From the IMG/VR virus record IMGVR_UViG_3300008050_008966, positions 6,721 through 70,720 of that record: 64,000 nucleotides of DNA; one strand, written 5' to 3'. Source of the DNA: a virus. Under the pieces are notes generated by a model. It saw nothing but the letters and a program-made list of their open reading frames with translations. It did no database searches and was not told where the DNA came from. Below, one piece after another: positions 9,383-19,411 of this stretch (within the stretch, counting starts at the first letter, position 1; every line of letters starts with the position of its first letter). A program made the position numbers and the translations under genes.

Positions 9383-10386
9383 TATTGATAGCATTTGGAA
9401 CAAGACCTGAATATATTAAAATCAAGCCTTTATTGAAGATTTTCGATGGTAAAGTACCGTTTAGACTCTTGTTTACAGGGCAACATGTTGATCTATTACC
9501 CGATATTAAAGAAGAGATATGTCGTCTAAAAATACAAGATGGCAGGAATCGTCTAGATTCAATTGTTTCTTCAATAATGAATAATGATGATATTTTTAAA
9601 GATATCGATTCTGTTTTGGTGCAAGGCGATACAACATCTGTTTTTTCTATTGCACTAGCTGCGTTTCATCGTAAAATTAAAGTAATTCATTTAGAGGCCG
9701 GCCTAAGAACATATAATCCGGAGCATCCATATCCAGAAGAGTTGAATAGGCAATTGACTTCTAGAATAGCAGATATACATCTTTGCCCAACACAAACAGC
9801 ATATGATAACCTAGAAGCAGAAAGAGTATCTGGGGAAAAATATATTGTAGGAAATACAGTTTTGGATAATCTGTTGGACGTCCAAATAGAATATAACGAT
9901 ACCGTTATTGTAACGATGCACCGCCGCGAAAATCATGACAATATGCACATGTGGTTTAAAGAAATTGATGAATTAGCTAAAGAATATGATGATTTAAAAT
10001 TTATTTTGCCTATTCACCCGAATCCCAACGTAAAAAAACATGAACATTTATTAAAACATGTTGAAGTTGTTCCTCCAATGAATTATAATGAATTTATTGA
10101 AGAATTGGCTAGTTGTCATTTGATAATAACAGACAGTGGCGGCATCCAGGAAGAAGCTTCGTTTTTAAGAAAAAAATGTTTAGTTTGTCGAAAAACTACA
10201 GAAAGAGCTGAAGGTTTGGGAGTTTTTTCTGAATTGGTAGAAAAACCACGAGATTTAAAAAAAATATTTTCATGGACAAACATTGACCCCATACCAGATG
10301 AATTTATGGTATGCCCATATGGCGATGGCCGATCAGCAGAAAAAATATATAAAATTTTGTTGGAGAGACTGAATGTCGAATTATAA
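9379..10386 (+). CDS. wecB: UDP-N-acetylglucosamine 2-epimerase (non-hydrolysing)
   Basis: GTRPE, TGQH, VQGDT, HLEAGLRT, PEELNR, HRREN, TDSGGIQEEA, PYGDG. Confidence 0.93.
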   Translation: MILIAFGTRPEYIKIKPLLKIFDGKVPFRLLFTGQHVDLLPDIKEEICRLKIQDGRNRLDSIVSSIMNNDDIFKDIDSVLVQGDTTSVFSIALAAFHRKIKVIHLEAGLRTYNPEHPYPEELNRQLTSRIADIHLCPTQTAYDNLEAERVSGEKYIVGNTVLDNLLDVQIEYNDTVIVTMHRRENHDNMHMWFKEIDELAKEYDDLKFILPIHPNPNVKKHEHLLKHVEVVPPMNYNEFIEELASCHLIITDSGGIQEEASFLRKKCLVCRKTTERAEGLGVFSELVEKPRDLKKIFSWTNIDPIPDEFMVCPYGDGRSAEKIYKILLERLNVEL

Positions 10387-11566
10387 AATTAAATTTATCA
10401 ACCATGCATGTATGAGTTTCGAGAACGATAAGCATTTGATGTTGGTTGATCCCTGGTTTTCCTCAAAAGTTTTTAATGATTCTTGGTCTCTTTTACAAGA
10501 AACAGATATTAATAGAATTAATTTTGACAAATTAACTCATATTTTTTATACTCACGAGCACCCAGATCATCTGAATTGGCCAACACTAAAGCTGATTAGT
10601 GAGCGAGCAGTCAACAAAGTTTGGGTCATTGGACTTAAAAGAAAAAATACAAATATCAAAGAGCAATTAGAAAAAATGGGTTTCGGATATGCAGAATTGA
10701 GACCAAATATAGAAACAAAAATTACTTCAACATTTTCCATATGCCAATTTCCAACTGGAATTGATTCTGCACAAGTTTTTAGAGTTGATAACAAAATTAT
10801 ATTAAATCAAAATGATTGTAAATTGGATCGAAATCAAGTTTTCAACCTAAGGGGCCAATTTCCAAAAATTGATTTATGGCTTATGCAATTTGGATTGGCT
10901 GGATATTATGCCAACAGGGATGACGAGGCTGGATTGCTCCTTGCACAAGAAAAACATCGCGACTTAATTCGTTACTATCATGATGAATTTAAGCCGGCTT
11001 CTTATATTCCCTTTGCTAGTTTTGTATATTTTTGTAAAGAATACAATTGTTTTTTGAATGATTGGCAAATAACAATGCCGATGGTTGAGAAAAATTTTGC
11101 AAACTATCCTTTACAGATTGTATTTTATGATGACGAGATATTATTTGATGATTACCAGAATCGCAACAGAGAGAATATTGAAAAATGGGAAAATATATTC
11201 AAAAACAATATTAAACAAATAACAAAATCAAAAGAATGCAGTGAATTGGATATTTTGAAAGAAGCCGATTTATTTGCAAATGAATACAGCGCAGACCATA
11301 ATGCGCCGACATTGTTGTATTTACAATTTTTTGACAATGATAACTTTTTCCATTGTGATTTTAAAAATAAAATATTTAAATTCGTTGATGAGGGTGAAAT
11401 TGATTCAAACAAATTAGCAGGAATTCTTCCAATGGAAGAATTGCATTCTTTTTTTAAATTTCCATGGGGAGCTGATACCTTGAACATTACCTCATGTTTT
11501 GATAAAATCAATGATAATATTTGGCGTAATATGTTAATATGGAAAGATAACCTATATCATAGATAA
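10373..11566 (+). CDS. metallo-beta-lactamase fold protein, similar to the hydroxylase domain of CMP-Neu5Ac hydroxylase
   Basis: NHACM, LVDPW, FNDSWSLL, THEHPDHLNWPTLK, ILNQNDC, YIPFAS. Confidence 0.75.
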   Translation: MSNYKIKFINHACMSFENDKHLMLVDPWFSSKVFNDSWSLLQETDINRINFDKLTHIFYTHEHPDHLNWPTLKLISERAVNKVWVIGLKRKNTNIKEQLEKMGFGYAELRPNIETKITSTFSICQFPTGIDSAQVFRVDNKIILNQNDCKLDRNQVFNLRGQFPKIDLWLMQFGLAGYYANRDDEAGLLLAQEKHRDLIRYYHDEFKPASYIPFASFVYFCKEYNCFLNDWQITMPMVEKNFANYPLQIVFYDDEILFDDYQNRNRENIEKWENIFKNNIKQITKSKECSELDILKEADLFANEYSADHNAPTLLYLQFFDNDNFFHCDFKNKIFKFVDEGEIDSNKLAGILPMEELHSFFKFPWGADTLNITSCFDKINDNIWRNMLIWKDNLYHR

Positions 11567-11587
11567 AATTACCGAGAGATAAAAATA

Positions 11588-13084
11588 ATGAAAAATAAAA
11601 CTATATGCTTAATAACGCCTCCATCTCCATTTTTATTGGATGAAAGGGTTTTTCTTCATTTGGGCGTTTTGAAAGTGGCTTCGAACTTAGAAGCAAATGG
11701 ATATAAGGTTGATTTTATTGATCTAAGCGGTATTAAAAACTTCTTAGATGTAATTAAAAATTATATTCAGGTTAACGGAGCTACAACTACATTTGGAATT
11801 ACAGCAACAACACCACAAGTTCCATTTTCTGTAAAAATATGCAAAATCATTAAAAAACATATGCCAGAAGCAAAAGTAATTTTAGGGGGCCCCCATTGTA
11901 CTTTGATGAATACGGCTGCTAAAATGGAGAAGAAAAAAGGCCTCGAAACGAGCGATCGCGCCACAAAAGATGTAGAAAAGCTATTATCTATTTTTGATAT
12001 ATTGGTTTGTGGAGACGGCGAGTTATCTATTTTTGAAGCCCTAAAAATACAAAAAGGTATCGTCGACGCTGACGATAAAAAATCTTCATTATTTCTGAGT
12101 AATGACTCTTTTTCAGAATTACCACCGCCGGCGCGCCATTTGGTCGATATGAGCACCTATGAATACAGTATTGAGGGCTTCAATTCTACTAGTTTGATTG
12201 CACAGCTGGGATGTCCTTTTCATTGTACATTTTGCAGCGGAAGAAATTCTCCATTTTTAAGAAAGATCCGCACACGCTCTAGTGAATCGATTTTGGAAGA
12301 GATAGATTTTCTTTATAAAAAATATGGATATCAAGGATTCATGTTTTACGATGACGAACTCAATGTTAACAAAAATATGATTTCTCTGATGGATAAAATT
12401 ACTGATTATCAAGATAAAAATGGAGTCGAATTTAGATTAAGAGGATTCGTAAAAGCTGAATTATTTACAGAAGATCAGGCTATAGCAATGCGCAGAGCCG
12501 GCTTTCGTTGGCTCTTAACGGGATTTGAATCTGGAGATGAGAGGATCCTCCACAATATCAAGAAAGTGGCCACAAGGGACGATAATACACGGTGTGTGGA
12601 GATAGCAAAGAATAGTGGGCTTAAAGTGAAAGCTTTGATGTCCGTAGGCCACGCCGGCGAAAGTGCAAAAAGTATCGAAAACACAAAAAATTGGCTCCTA
12701 GAAGTAGAGCCAGAAGATTTTGATTGCACAGTGATAACTACATATCCCGGTTCTCCTTATTTTGATTATGCTGTCAAAGAAAATGACTATTATGTGTATA
12801 CAGAAAAGAAAAATGGTGATAAACTATACCAAGCTTCTATTGATTATTTAACCGAATTAGATTTTTATAAAGGAGATCCAGAAGACGGGTATATATCATA
12901 TGTGTGGACACAGAACATAACAGCAGAAGCATTGGTAGAAGAAAGAAATAAATTAGAAAACGAAGTAAGAGAAAAATTAAATATTCCATTTAATCCCGGC
13001 CGGCCAGGTCTTGTTTATGAACATTCAATGGGGATGGGTAATATTAATATTCCTTCTCATATTTTACGAACAACGAGAAAATAA
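11588..13084 (+). CDS. B12-binding radical SAM protein
   Basis: HLGVLKVAS, ILGGPH, GDGE, GCPFHCTFC (CxxxCxxC), FYDDELN, GFESG, YPGSP. Confidence 0.9.
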   Translation: MKNKTICLITPPSPFLLDERVFLHLGVLKVASNLEANGYKVDFIDLSGIKNFLDVIKNYIQVNGATTTFGITATTPQVPFSVKICKIIKKHMPEAKVILGGPHCTLMNTAAKMEKKKGLETSDRATKDVEKLLSIFDILVCGDGELSIFEALKIQKGIVDADDKKSSLFLSNDSFSELPPPARHLVDMSTYEYSIEGFNSTSLIAQLGCPFHCTFCSGRNSPFLRKIRTRSSESILEEIDFLYKKYGYQGFMFYDDELNVNKNMISLMDKITDYQDKNGVEFRLRGFVKAELFTEDQAIAMRRAGFRWLLTGFESGDERILHNIKKVATRDDNTRCVEIAKNSGLKVKALMSVGHAGESAKSIENTKNWLLEVEPEDFDCTVITTYPGSPYFDYAVKENDYYVYTEKKNGDKLYQASIDYLTELDFYKGDPEDGYISYVWTQNITAEALVEERNKLENEVREKLNIPFNPGRPGLVYEHSMGMGNINIPSHILRTTRK

Positions 13085-13089
13085 TTAAG

Positions 13090-13998
13090 ATGAAAATTTT
13101 ACATATAGCAGTTTTTGATAATGCGGGAGTATCTTCGGATACTTCTTTCGCGATCGCCATGGCTAACCGTAGCGATATAGAAGAGGTATTAGCTTATAAT
13201 TATAGGCCCCGAGCAGAAGAAATTGGATATGAAAAAAGAGATCTTGAACTTATTCAAATATGCAGAGAAGAACAACCAGATTTAGTTCTATTTGTAAAAT
13301 GTAATATTATGCACACACAAGTCTTTGAAGAATGTAAAAAAATATGCCCTATTGTATATTGGTTCCCAGATCCACTAATAACATTTAGGCAAGATCCAGG
13401 ATTTATGGAGAAAGCAAAAATCAGTGATATGGTGGTTGTTGACAAAAAGAATGTTTTTGACGAAATCAAACCACATAACAAAAATGTATTTATAATACCA
13501 GATGGCTTTGATGCATCGCTTGAAAAACCAAGAGAAGGTCTGGACCAGGAGTATGACGTTAGTTTTATCGGCCAGACGTACGGCGATCGCCTAGAAAAAT
13601 TACAAAAAATAAAGCATAATGCCACTATTATATCAAATGCTTATGGAGTACGTCATTCTGAAACAGTAGCTCGTAGCAAAATTAATTTAAATTTCTGTAC
13701 GAGCGATGGCCCATCTAATAGAATTTATAAAGTTCTGGCGGCGAAAGGGTTTTTATTAACCGATGATTGGATCGACCGCGATAAAGAATTTGAAGATGGA
13801 AAGCATTTAGTAATTTTTAAAGATATTGACGATTTAAACGAAAAAATATCATATTATTTAGAAAACGAAAAAGAGAGAGATCGTATTAGGGAAGAAGGAT
13901 ATAAATTATCTCACAAATATACTAGAGAGATATGGGTTGAAAAATTTCTAAATATTTTTGAAAACAAAGTAGGCAAAAATGAAAAAGATTTACTCTAA
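13090..13998 (+). CDS. glycosyltransferase (CgeB / Glyco_trans_1_2-like)
   Basis: YDVSFIG, RSKINLN, SNRIYKVLAAKGFLLTD, DLNEKISYYLENEKER. Confidence 0.82.
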   Translation: MKILHIAVFDNAGVSSDTSFAIAMANRSDIEEVLAYNYRPRAEEIGYEKRDLELIQICREEQPDLVLFVKCNIMHTQVFEECKKICPIVYWFPDPLITFRQDPGFMEKAKISDMVVVDKKNVFDEIKPHNKNVFIIPDGFDASLEKPREGLDQEYDVSFIGQTYGDRLEKLQKIKHNATIISNAYGVRHSETVARSKINLNFCTSDGPSNRIYKVLAAKGFLLTDDWIDRDKEFEDGKHLVIFKDIDDLNEKISYYLENEKERDRIREEGYKLSHKYTREIWVEKFLNIFENKVGKNEKDLL

Positions 13999-14398
13999 AA
14001 TTGATGAAAATAAATTATTGCATATAGTAAATCGCCTAGGGGATATTGATTCAAGAACTGATATTATTCCTGATGATAATTTTCTGCAACTTGCGACGCT
14101 TAAGTTGCCGATTGGAAAAACTTTTAGACCGCATAGACACAATTGGAAAAAAAATAGTGGAACACAAAATATTGCACAAGAATCTTGGATTGTGGTGGAA
14201 GGAAAAGTAAAGTGTTCCTTTTATGATTTAGATGATAAATTAATTTCAACATATATTTTAAATCCTGGAGATTGTTCAATAACTCTCGAAGGTGGTCACA
14301 CTTACGAGACTTTGGAAGACAATACTATAGTTTACGAATACAAAACTGGCCCATATATGGGGCAAGAACTAGATAAGAGATTTTTAGATGGAAAATAA
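13979..14398 (+). CDS. cupin-fold protein (WbuC-like sugar isomerase family)
   Basis: PHRH...QE...GGH metal-binding cupin pattern; LNPGD; EYKTGPY. Confidence 0.78.
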   Translation: MKKIYSKIDENKLLHIVNRLGDIDSRTDIIPDDNFLQLATLKLPIGKTFRPHRHNWKKNSGTQNIAQESWIVVEGKVKCSFYDLDDKLISTYILNPGDCSITLEGGHTYETLEDNTIVYEYKTGPYMGQELDKRFLDGK

Positions 14399-15146
14399 AC
14401 AACTTAGTTATGATAATTTTGGTGTCTATATATGGACGAGCAATCAGTTGATGCACTGTGTACCAGCATGGGCTTATTTATTTAATAAATTTTGGCCGCG
14501 CTCACAAAAAGTTAGAGTTTTGGGATATAATTTGCCAGACTATGAATTACCAGATAATTTTGAATATATATCTTTGGGAAAACAACGAGGGCCGCAATAT
14601 TGGTCTGATGACATAAAAGAATATTTTTCTTCTTGTGAACATGAGTGTTTTTATTTAACCACCGAAGATGGATTTATAGTCGGGAACGTGGACGAAGAAA
14701 TTTTAGATCTTGCAGTCAAAATTGCTTTGTTAAATCCTGAAAATAAATTTAGTAGATTTAATTTGACAGCAGATGTACACCGACGTCCTCAATATTGCCT
14801 AAAACAATTTGGAGATTTTAAGCTTATCAAGGCAGAACAATATGCGCGATATAGACAATCTCTATCACATTCGATTTGGAGAAAAGATAGCTTATTGCGC
14901 AAATTAATGCCCAATCAATCTCCGTGGGATTTTGAATTAGATGATGCGAGAGCGATGTATGATAATTTAGATGTTTATGCAACTGAAGGCAGATATGCTA
15001 TTCATTGTGGCCATGGATACCAAAGAGGTAAAAAATTAGTTAATTGGTATCAAAACTCATACCATCCAGAGTTTAGTGATCATTTTGGTTTAGAAAAAGA
15101 AGATATTCAATTTATTGAAAATAAAGGCTGGATGCCCGAGATATAA
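14388..15146 (+). CDS. hypothetical protein, possibly glycosyltransferase-like
   Basis: Lies inside the glycan cluster; FNKFWP, WSD, TEDGFI, SIWRK, SPWDFE resemble GT-A-like viral proteins. Confidence 0.5.
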   Translation: MENKQLSYDNFGVYIWTSNQLMHCVPAWAYLFNKFWPRSQKVRVLGYNLPDYELPDNFEYISLGKQRGPQYWSDDIKEYFSSCEHECFYLTTEDGFIVGNVDEEILDLAVKIALLNPENKFSRFNLTADVHRRPQYCLKQFGDFKLIKAEQYARYRQSLSHSIWRKDSLLRKLMPNQSPWDFELDDARAMYDNLDVYATEGRYAIHCGHGYQRGKKLVNWYQNSYHPEFSDHFGLEKEDIQFIENKGWMPEI

Positions 15147-15163
15147 AATATTTTTAATATTTG

Positions 15164-15172
15164 TGGTATGAT
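15164..15172 (+). promoter_or_regulatory. putative extended -10 promoter (TGnTATGAT) upstream of fabH
   Basis: TGGTATGAT in the intergenic gap, followed by AAGGA and the ATG at 15196. Confidence 0.35.
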
Positions 15173-15195
15173 TAACCCAGAAAGGAAAAAAAGAA

Positions 15196-16140
15196 ATGAA
15201 ATATGAAAACGTAACTATTACCGGAATAGGCTCCTATTTGCCCCCCAAAGTGGTTACTAACGCTGATATTGTTAAGGATGTGGATACCACAGATGAGTGG
15301 ATATACACCAAACTGGGAATCAGGGAACGCCGCGTTGCAGATAATGAGTCTGTATCAGAGATGGGAACAAAGGCTGCTCGAAAGGCGCTACTTGACGCCA
15401 ACTTAGATAAAGAAGATATAGACCTTATTATTGTTGCAACATCGAGCCCCGAGCAGATTTCTCCCGCTACTGCATGCGCGATTCATCGAAAGCTCGGGAT
15501 TAAAAAAAATGTACCCTCTTATGATATTAATGCAGTCTGCTCGGGGTTTTTATATGCCATATCGTTGAGCGCACCTCTCGTGTCGGTGGGTGCTTATAAA
15601 AACGTTTTGATTATTGCCACAGAGGCTTACTCCAACATAACCAACTGGAAAGCGAGGCATTGCGTATTCTTCGGCGACGGCGCCGGCGCAGTTGTTTTGG
15701 GGCCGGCCGAGAAAGGATGGATGGGCGGAACGATAGTAGCCAACGGATCCGGAACGGGCCCGACGGGCTTTGTGGCGCGCCTGGGTGAACCCTTTGAGAT
15801 GGTCGGGAAAGAAGTGTGGGACCAGGCCGCAGCCGTCTTGCCCGATTCTATTAGAGAGGTATTAAATAGTTACTCCCTTAAGGCGGAAGATATCACCATG
15901 TTGGTGCCCCATCAGCCCAGTATTAATATTTTAAAACTGGTGGCTAAAGAAGTGGGGCTTCCCATGGAAAAAGTTAAAACTGTTATGCACAAGTATGCCA
16001 ATATAGCGGCCGCATCGATTCCCATTGCCTTAGATGAGGCAATCAAAAAGAGAGAGATTAACTGGGGTGACAAGATTTTATTAACCGCTATTGGATCAGG
16101 TTGGGCATGGGGGACCATGGTGGTGAACTATGAACGATAA
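15196..16140 (+). CDS. fabH: 3-oxoacyl-ACP synthase III family protein
   Basis: ITGIGSYLP, LGIRERR, DINAVCSGF (Cys), FGDGAGA, PHQPS (His), YANIAAASIP (Asn). Confidence 0.92.
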   Translation: MKYENVTITGIGSYLPPKVVTNADIVKDVDTTDEWIYTKLGIRERRVADNESVSEMGTKAARKALLDANLDKEDIDLIIVATSSPEQISPATACAIHRKLGIKKNVPSYDINAVCSGFLYAISLSAPLVSVGAYKNVLIIATEAYSNITNWKARHCVFFGDGAGAVVLGPAEKGWMGGTIVANGSGTGPTGFVARLGEPFEMVGKEVWDQAAAVLPDSIREVLNSYSLKAEDITMLVPHQPSINILKLVAKEVGLPMEKVKTVMHKYANIAAASIPIALDEAIKKREINWGDKILLTAIGSGWAWGTMVVNYER

Positions 16141-16669
16141 TATTCTTACATTACTGCGCCGCGTCGGAGAGGACGTCCGGATTAGCGAGTTGGCCCTGAT
16201 TAGTCGTCCCCATTTAGTTGAGATGGGGAGCCATATAGCTATAGACATGTGGACATATATATCCACCGAAACGATTTTGGGAGATTATATTCATATCGCG
16301 CCGAGCGTATCGATTATAGGAGGAGCCAATGCGCACCTAACCATGGGGAACTTTACAAATATTGGTTCTGGAGGGCGTATTGTGTGCGCCACTGATGATT
16401 TTAGTCAAGGTTTAATTTCTCCGGTTGTTCCGTTAGAGCATCGCACGGTAATAAGCGAGCCAGTGGTGTTTGAAGATTTTGCCACCCTGGGAGTCAACTG
16501 TTCAGTTTTGCCCGGTGTTACGATCGGCGAAGGATGTATAGTGGGAGCCAACTCGGTGGTTACCAGGGACACTGAGCCGTGGATGATCTATGCGGGATCC
16601 CCAGCTCGCCCAGTCAAAAAACGTGAAAAAGAAAGAATTCTAGAAAGTGCAGCAGATTTAGGATATTAA
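16130..16669 (+). CDS. hexapeptide-repeat (LbH) acyltransferase
   Basis: Left-handed beta-helix repeats; LGVNCSVLPGVTIGEGCIVGANSVVTRD, YAGSPARP. Confidence 0.9.
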   Translation: MNDNILTLLRRVGEDVRISELALISRPHLVEMGSHIAIDMWTYISTETILGDYIHIAPSVSIIGGANAHLTMGNFTNIGSGGRIVCATDDFSQGLISPVVPLEHRTVISEPVVFEDFATLGVNCSVLPGVTIGEGCIVGANSVVTRDTEPWMIYAGSPARPVKKREKERILESAADLGY

Positions 16670-16670
16670 A

Positions 16671-17606
16671 ATGAAAAATTATATAAAAGATAAAGAGGCC
16701 TTGACTATTCCTTGGGTTGAGTCGCCTTTTTTTTATAGCTTGCTTGAAAATTCTGAATATACGGAAGAGCAAAAGTCTCTGTGCACCAAATATCATGAAG
16801 ATGGGTATATTATTATAGACTTAAACCTGACAGAAGAGGAAATACAAGAAGTTGTTAATGACATGTACACAGCTCTTGAAAGAGAGTCAACTGTTTATCA
16901 TGCGGACCACTTTCAATACACAGAAAGTAGACGAATATTTGAACTTTGGAAGCAAAGTAATGCATCCGCAAACTTATGTTTAAATAAAAAAGTTCTAGAT
17001 ACACTGGAATTATTATATGGCAGAGAACCATATCCATTTTCAACGATTAACTTTTTTAAAGGTAGCAATCAGCCGCTACATAGCGATATAATACATTTTC
17101 ATAGCAACCCACCACTTTGGATGGCTGGTGTTTGGGTGGCCTTCGAAGATGTGGATGAAACTAATGGATCATTAAAAATTATTCCTGGAAGCCATAAATG
17201 GGGGTTATGGGAATATGACGAATTAGGTCTCCCACATCCGGATGATATTGAAAACGGTGAAGAAGTTAATTATAGAGAATATGAACACTTTTTAGTCGAG
17301 CTAGTCAAAGAGAAGAAAGCGGAATCATATGTAACAAAATTAAAAAAGGGCCAAGCTTTAATATGGCCGGCCAATATGTTACACGGAGGATGTAACATAG
17401 AAGGAATCACCGATTTAGAAAAAACAAGACTTACGCAAGCACAGCATTATTTTTTTAAAGGCTGTAATCAATACTATCATCCAATGTTCACAAAGAAATA
17501 TGAAGGAAAGTATGCTTCTAAATGGTGCGACGATAATAATAATATACGGACATATTTAGAAAGCGGCTCGGTTAAAATATTTGATAAAGTGCTGGAAATA
17601 AAATAA
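16671..17606 (+). CDS. PhyH family Fe(II)/2-oxoglutarate dioxygenase
   Basis: EDGYII, QPLHSD, WVAFED, NGSLKIIPGSH, LHGG, terminal Arg in KTR. Confidence 0.88.
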   Translation: MKNYIKDKEALTIPWVESPFFYSLLENSEYTEEQKSLCTKYHEDGYIIIDLNLTEEEIQEVVNDMYTALERESTVYHADHFQYTESRRIFELWKQSNASANLCLNKKVLDTLELLYGREPYPFSTINFFKGSNQPLHSDIIHFHSNPPLWMAGVWVAFEDVDETNGSLKIIPGSHKWGLWEYDELGLPHPDDIENGEEVNYREYEHFLVELVKEKKAESYVTKLKKGQALIWPANMLHGGCNIEGITDLEKTRLTQAQHYFFKGCNQYYHPMFTKKYEGKYASKWCDDNNNIRTYLESGSVKIFDKVLEIK

Positions 17607-17670
17607 GAATGTTAAAAAAAATGCACTAGAAATAGATTTAAGCGTATTAAGTTGACGCAAGAGGAAAAAT

Positions 17671-18261
17671 ATGAGTTTTGATATAATTGAAAATTTTGAA
17701 AATGAAATAGCTAATTTTTTTGGCGCGCCCCATGCTACGGCTGTTGATTGCTGTACACACGGACTAGAACTTTGCTTGAGATACAAAAAAATAAAACATT
17801 TTTCGGTACCTAAAAGAACTTATATTTCTGTACCTTTTTTGGCTAAAAAATTAAACATCGAATTTGATTGGAAAGACGAAGATTGGCAAGATTATTATTA
17901 TCTAGGCGGTACTAATATTATTGACGCCGCGGTTTTATGGGAGCAAAATAGTTATATTCCTGGTACCTTGATGTGTGTTAGTTTTCAATTTCGTAAACAT
18001 TTAAGTCTAGGAAGAGGGGGAATGATTTTATTAGATAATAAAAATATTGCTTTGGACTTAAAAAAAATGTCATATGATGGTAGGCTACCTGATATGCCAT
18101 GGCGCGAACAAAATATAAAATCTATTGGCTATCATTACTACATGACTCCGGAAACTGCAGAAAAAGGTCTTTCAAAACTTCCGAAAGCTACGGCAACAAC
18201 ACCTAAAAAATGGACCTTAAATGATTGGCCAGATCTAACAAAAATGGATATTTTTAAATGA
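17671..18261 (+). CDS. short DegT/DnrJ/EryC1/StrS family PLP-dependent aminotransferase-like protein
   Basis: FENEIANFFGA, AVDCCTHGL, IIDAA, SFQFRKHLSLGRGGMIL (PLP lysine), GYHYYM; only 196 aa. Confidence 0.82.
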   Translation: MSFDIIENFENEIANFFGAPHATAVDCCTHGLELCLRYKKIKHFSVPKRTYISVPFLAKKLNIEFDWKDEDWQDYYYLGGTNIIDAAVLWEQNSYIPGTLMCVSFQFRKHLSLGRGGMILLDNKNIALDLKKMSYDGRLPDMPWREQNIKSIGYHYYMTPETAEKGLSKLPKATATTPKKWTLNDWPDLTKMDIFK

Positions 18262-19229
18262 AAAAAGCACTAATAACCGGAATTAACGGACAAGACGGCA
18301 GCTATTTGACTGAATATTTATTATCACAAGGATATGAGGTACATGGCATTGTACGAAGACATTCCGTAGCAGAAAATCAAAATCATAGACTCTATAAGAT
18401 TGGCGTACATAAAGATATTCAAACTTATTATGGAGATTTAACTGATTATCCTTCCTTAATGAGAATTATTGCAGATATCATACCAGATGAAATATATAAT
18501 CTTGGAGCTATGAGTCATGTACGTATCAGCTTCGATATGCCATCATTTACTATTCAAACGAATGCGCTCGGCGTCTTGAATATGCTTGAGGTTTATAGAA
18601 CAGTATGTCCTCAAGCAAAATTTTATCAAGCCAGTTCATCAGAAATGTTTGGCAATTCTGTAGATGATGATGGTGTGCAGCGTCTTGAAACTCCCATGAA
18701 TCCAGTTAGTCCTTATGGTTGTGCCAAAGTTATGGGTTATAATTTAGTAAGACATTATCGACATGCATATAATCTGCATGCGTGCAACGGCATTCTTTTC
18801 AATCACGAAAGCCCCCGTCGAGGAGCAAATTTTGTTACTAATAAGGTGGTTAAAGGAGCAGTTTCTATTAAAAAAGGGCTGCAAAACAAGCTTGAGCTTG
18901 GCAACATGGATTCATTTCGAGATTGGGGACATTCAAAAGATTATGTTCGGGCCATGCACATGATTATAAATCACAACAAAGCAGATGAATTTATTGTTGC
19001 AACCGGCGAGACACACTCTGTTAGGGAATTATGTGAAACAGTATTTGGTAAATTAGAAATGGATTATAAAGATTATGTAGTCCAGAATCCAAAATTTATG
19101 AGACCAGAAGAGTTAAAGTATTTAAAAGGTGATCCTTCGAGAGCTAGAGAAATTCTTGGATGGAAGCCTGAGTATACTTTTAATACTATGTTAGATGAAA
19201 TGATTGAAAGATGGATGAGCGAAATTTAG
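18258..19229 (+). CDS. gmd: GDP-mannose 4,6-dehydratase
   Basis: ALITGINGQDGSYL, YNLGAMSHV, FYQASSSEMFG, PYGCAK, ILFNHESPRRG, RDWGH. Confidence 0.95.
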   Translation: MKKALITGINGQDGSYLTEYLLSQGYEVHGIVRRHSVAENQNHRLYKIGVHKDIQTYYGDLTDYPSLMRIIADIIPDEIYNLGAMSHVRISFDMPSFTIQTNALGVLNMLEVYRTVCPQAKFYQASSSEMFGNSVDDDGVQRLETPMNPVSPYGCAKVMGYNLVRHYRHAYNLHACNGILFNHESPRRGANFVTNKVVKGAVSIKKGLQNKLELGNMDSFRDWGHSKDYVRAMHMIINHNKADEFIVATGETHSVRELCETVFGKLEMDYKDYVVQNPKFMRPEELKYLKGDPSRAREILGWKPEYTFNTMLDEMIERWMSEI

Positions 19230-19411
19230 ATTTTAAAGCCGGCGATCTAGTTGAATGGACAGAGCTTTGTGGAGAGGGCTTTATTGTCAACCAGAGAGGG
19301 CTAGGTATCATAGTTGATAAATGTAAACGATTTTTTAAGGTTCAGCGATTAACTCAACAAGATATTGTAAATTTTGATGTATATCAACTAAAATTAATTA
19401 ATAAAAAATGA
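19211..19411 (+). CDS. hypothetical protein (66 aa)
   Basis: FKAGDLVEW small beta-barrel-like start; overlaps both neighbours. Confidence 0.6.
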   Translation: MDERNLDFKAGDLVEWTELCGEGFIVNQRGLGIIVDKCKRFFKVQRLTQQDIVNFDVYQLKLINKK

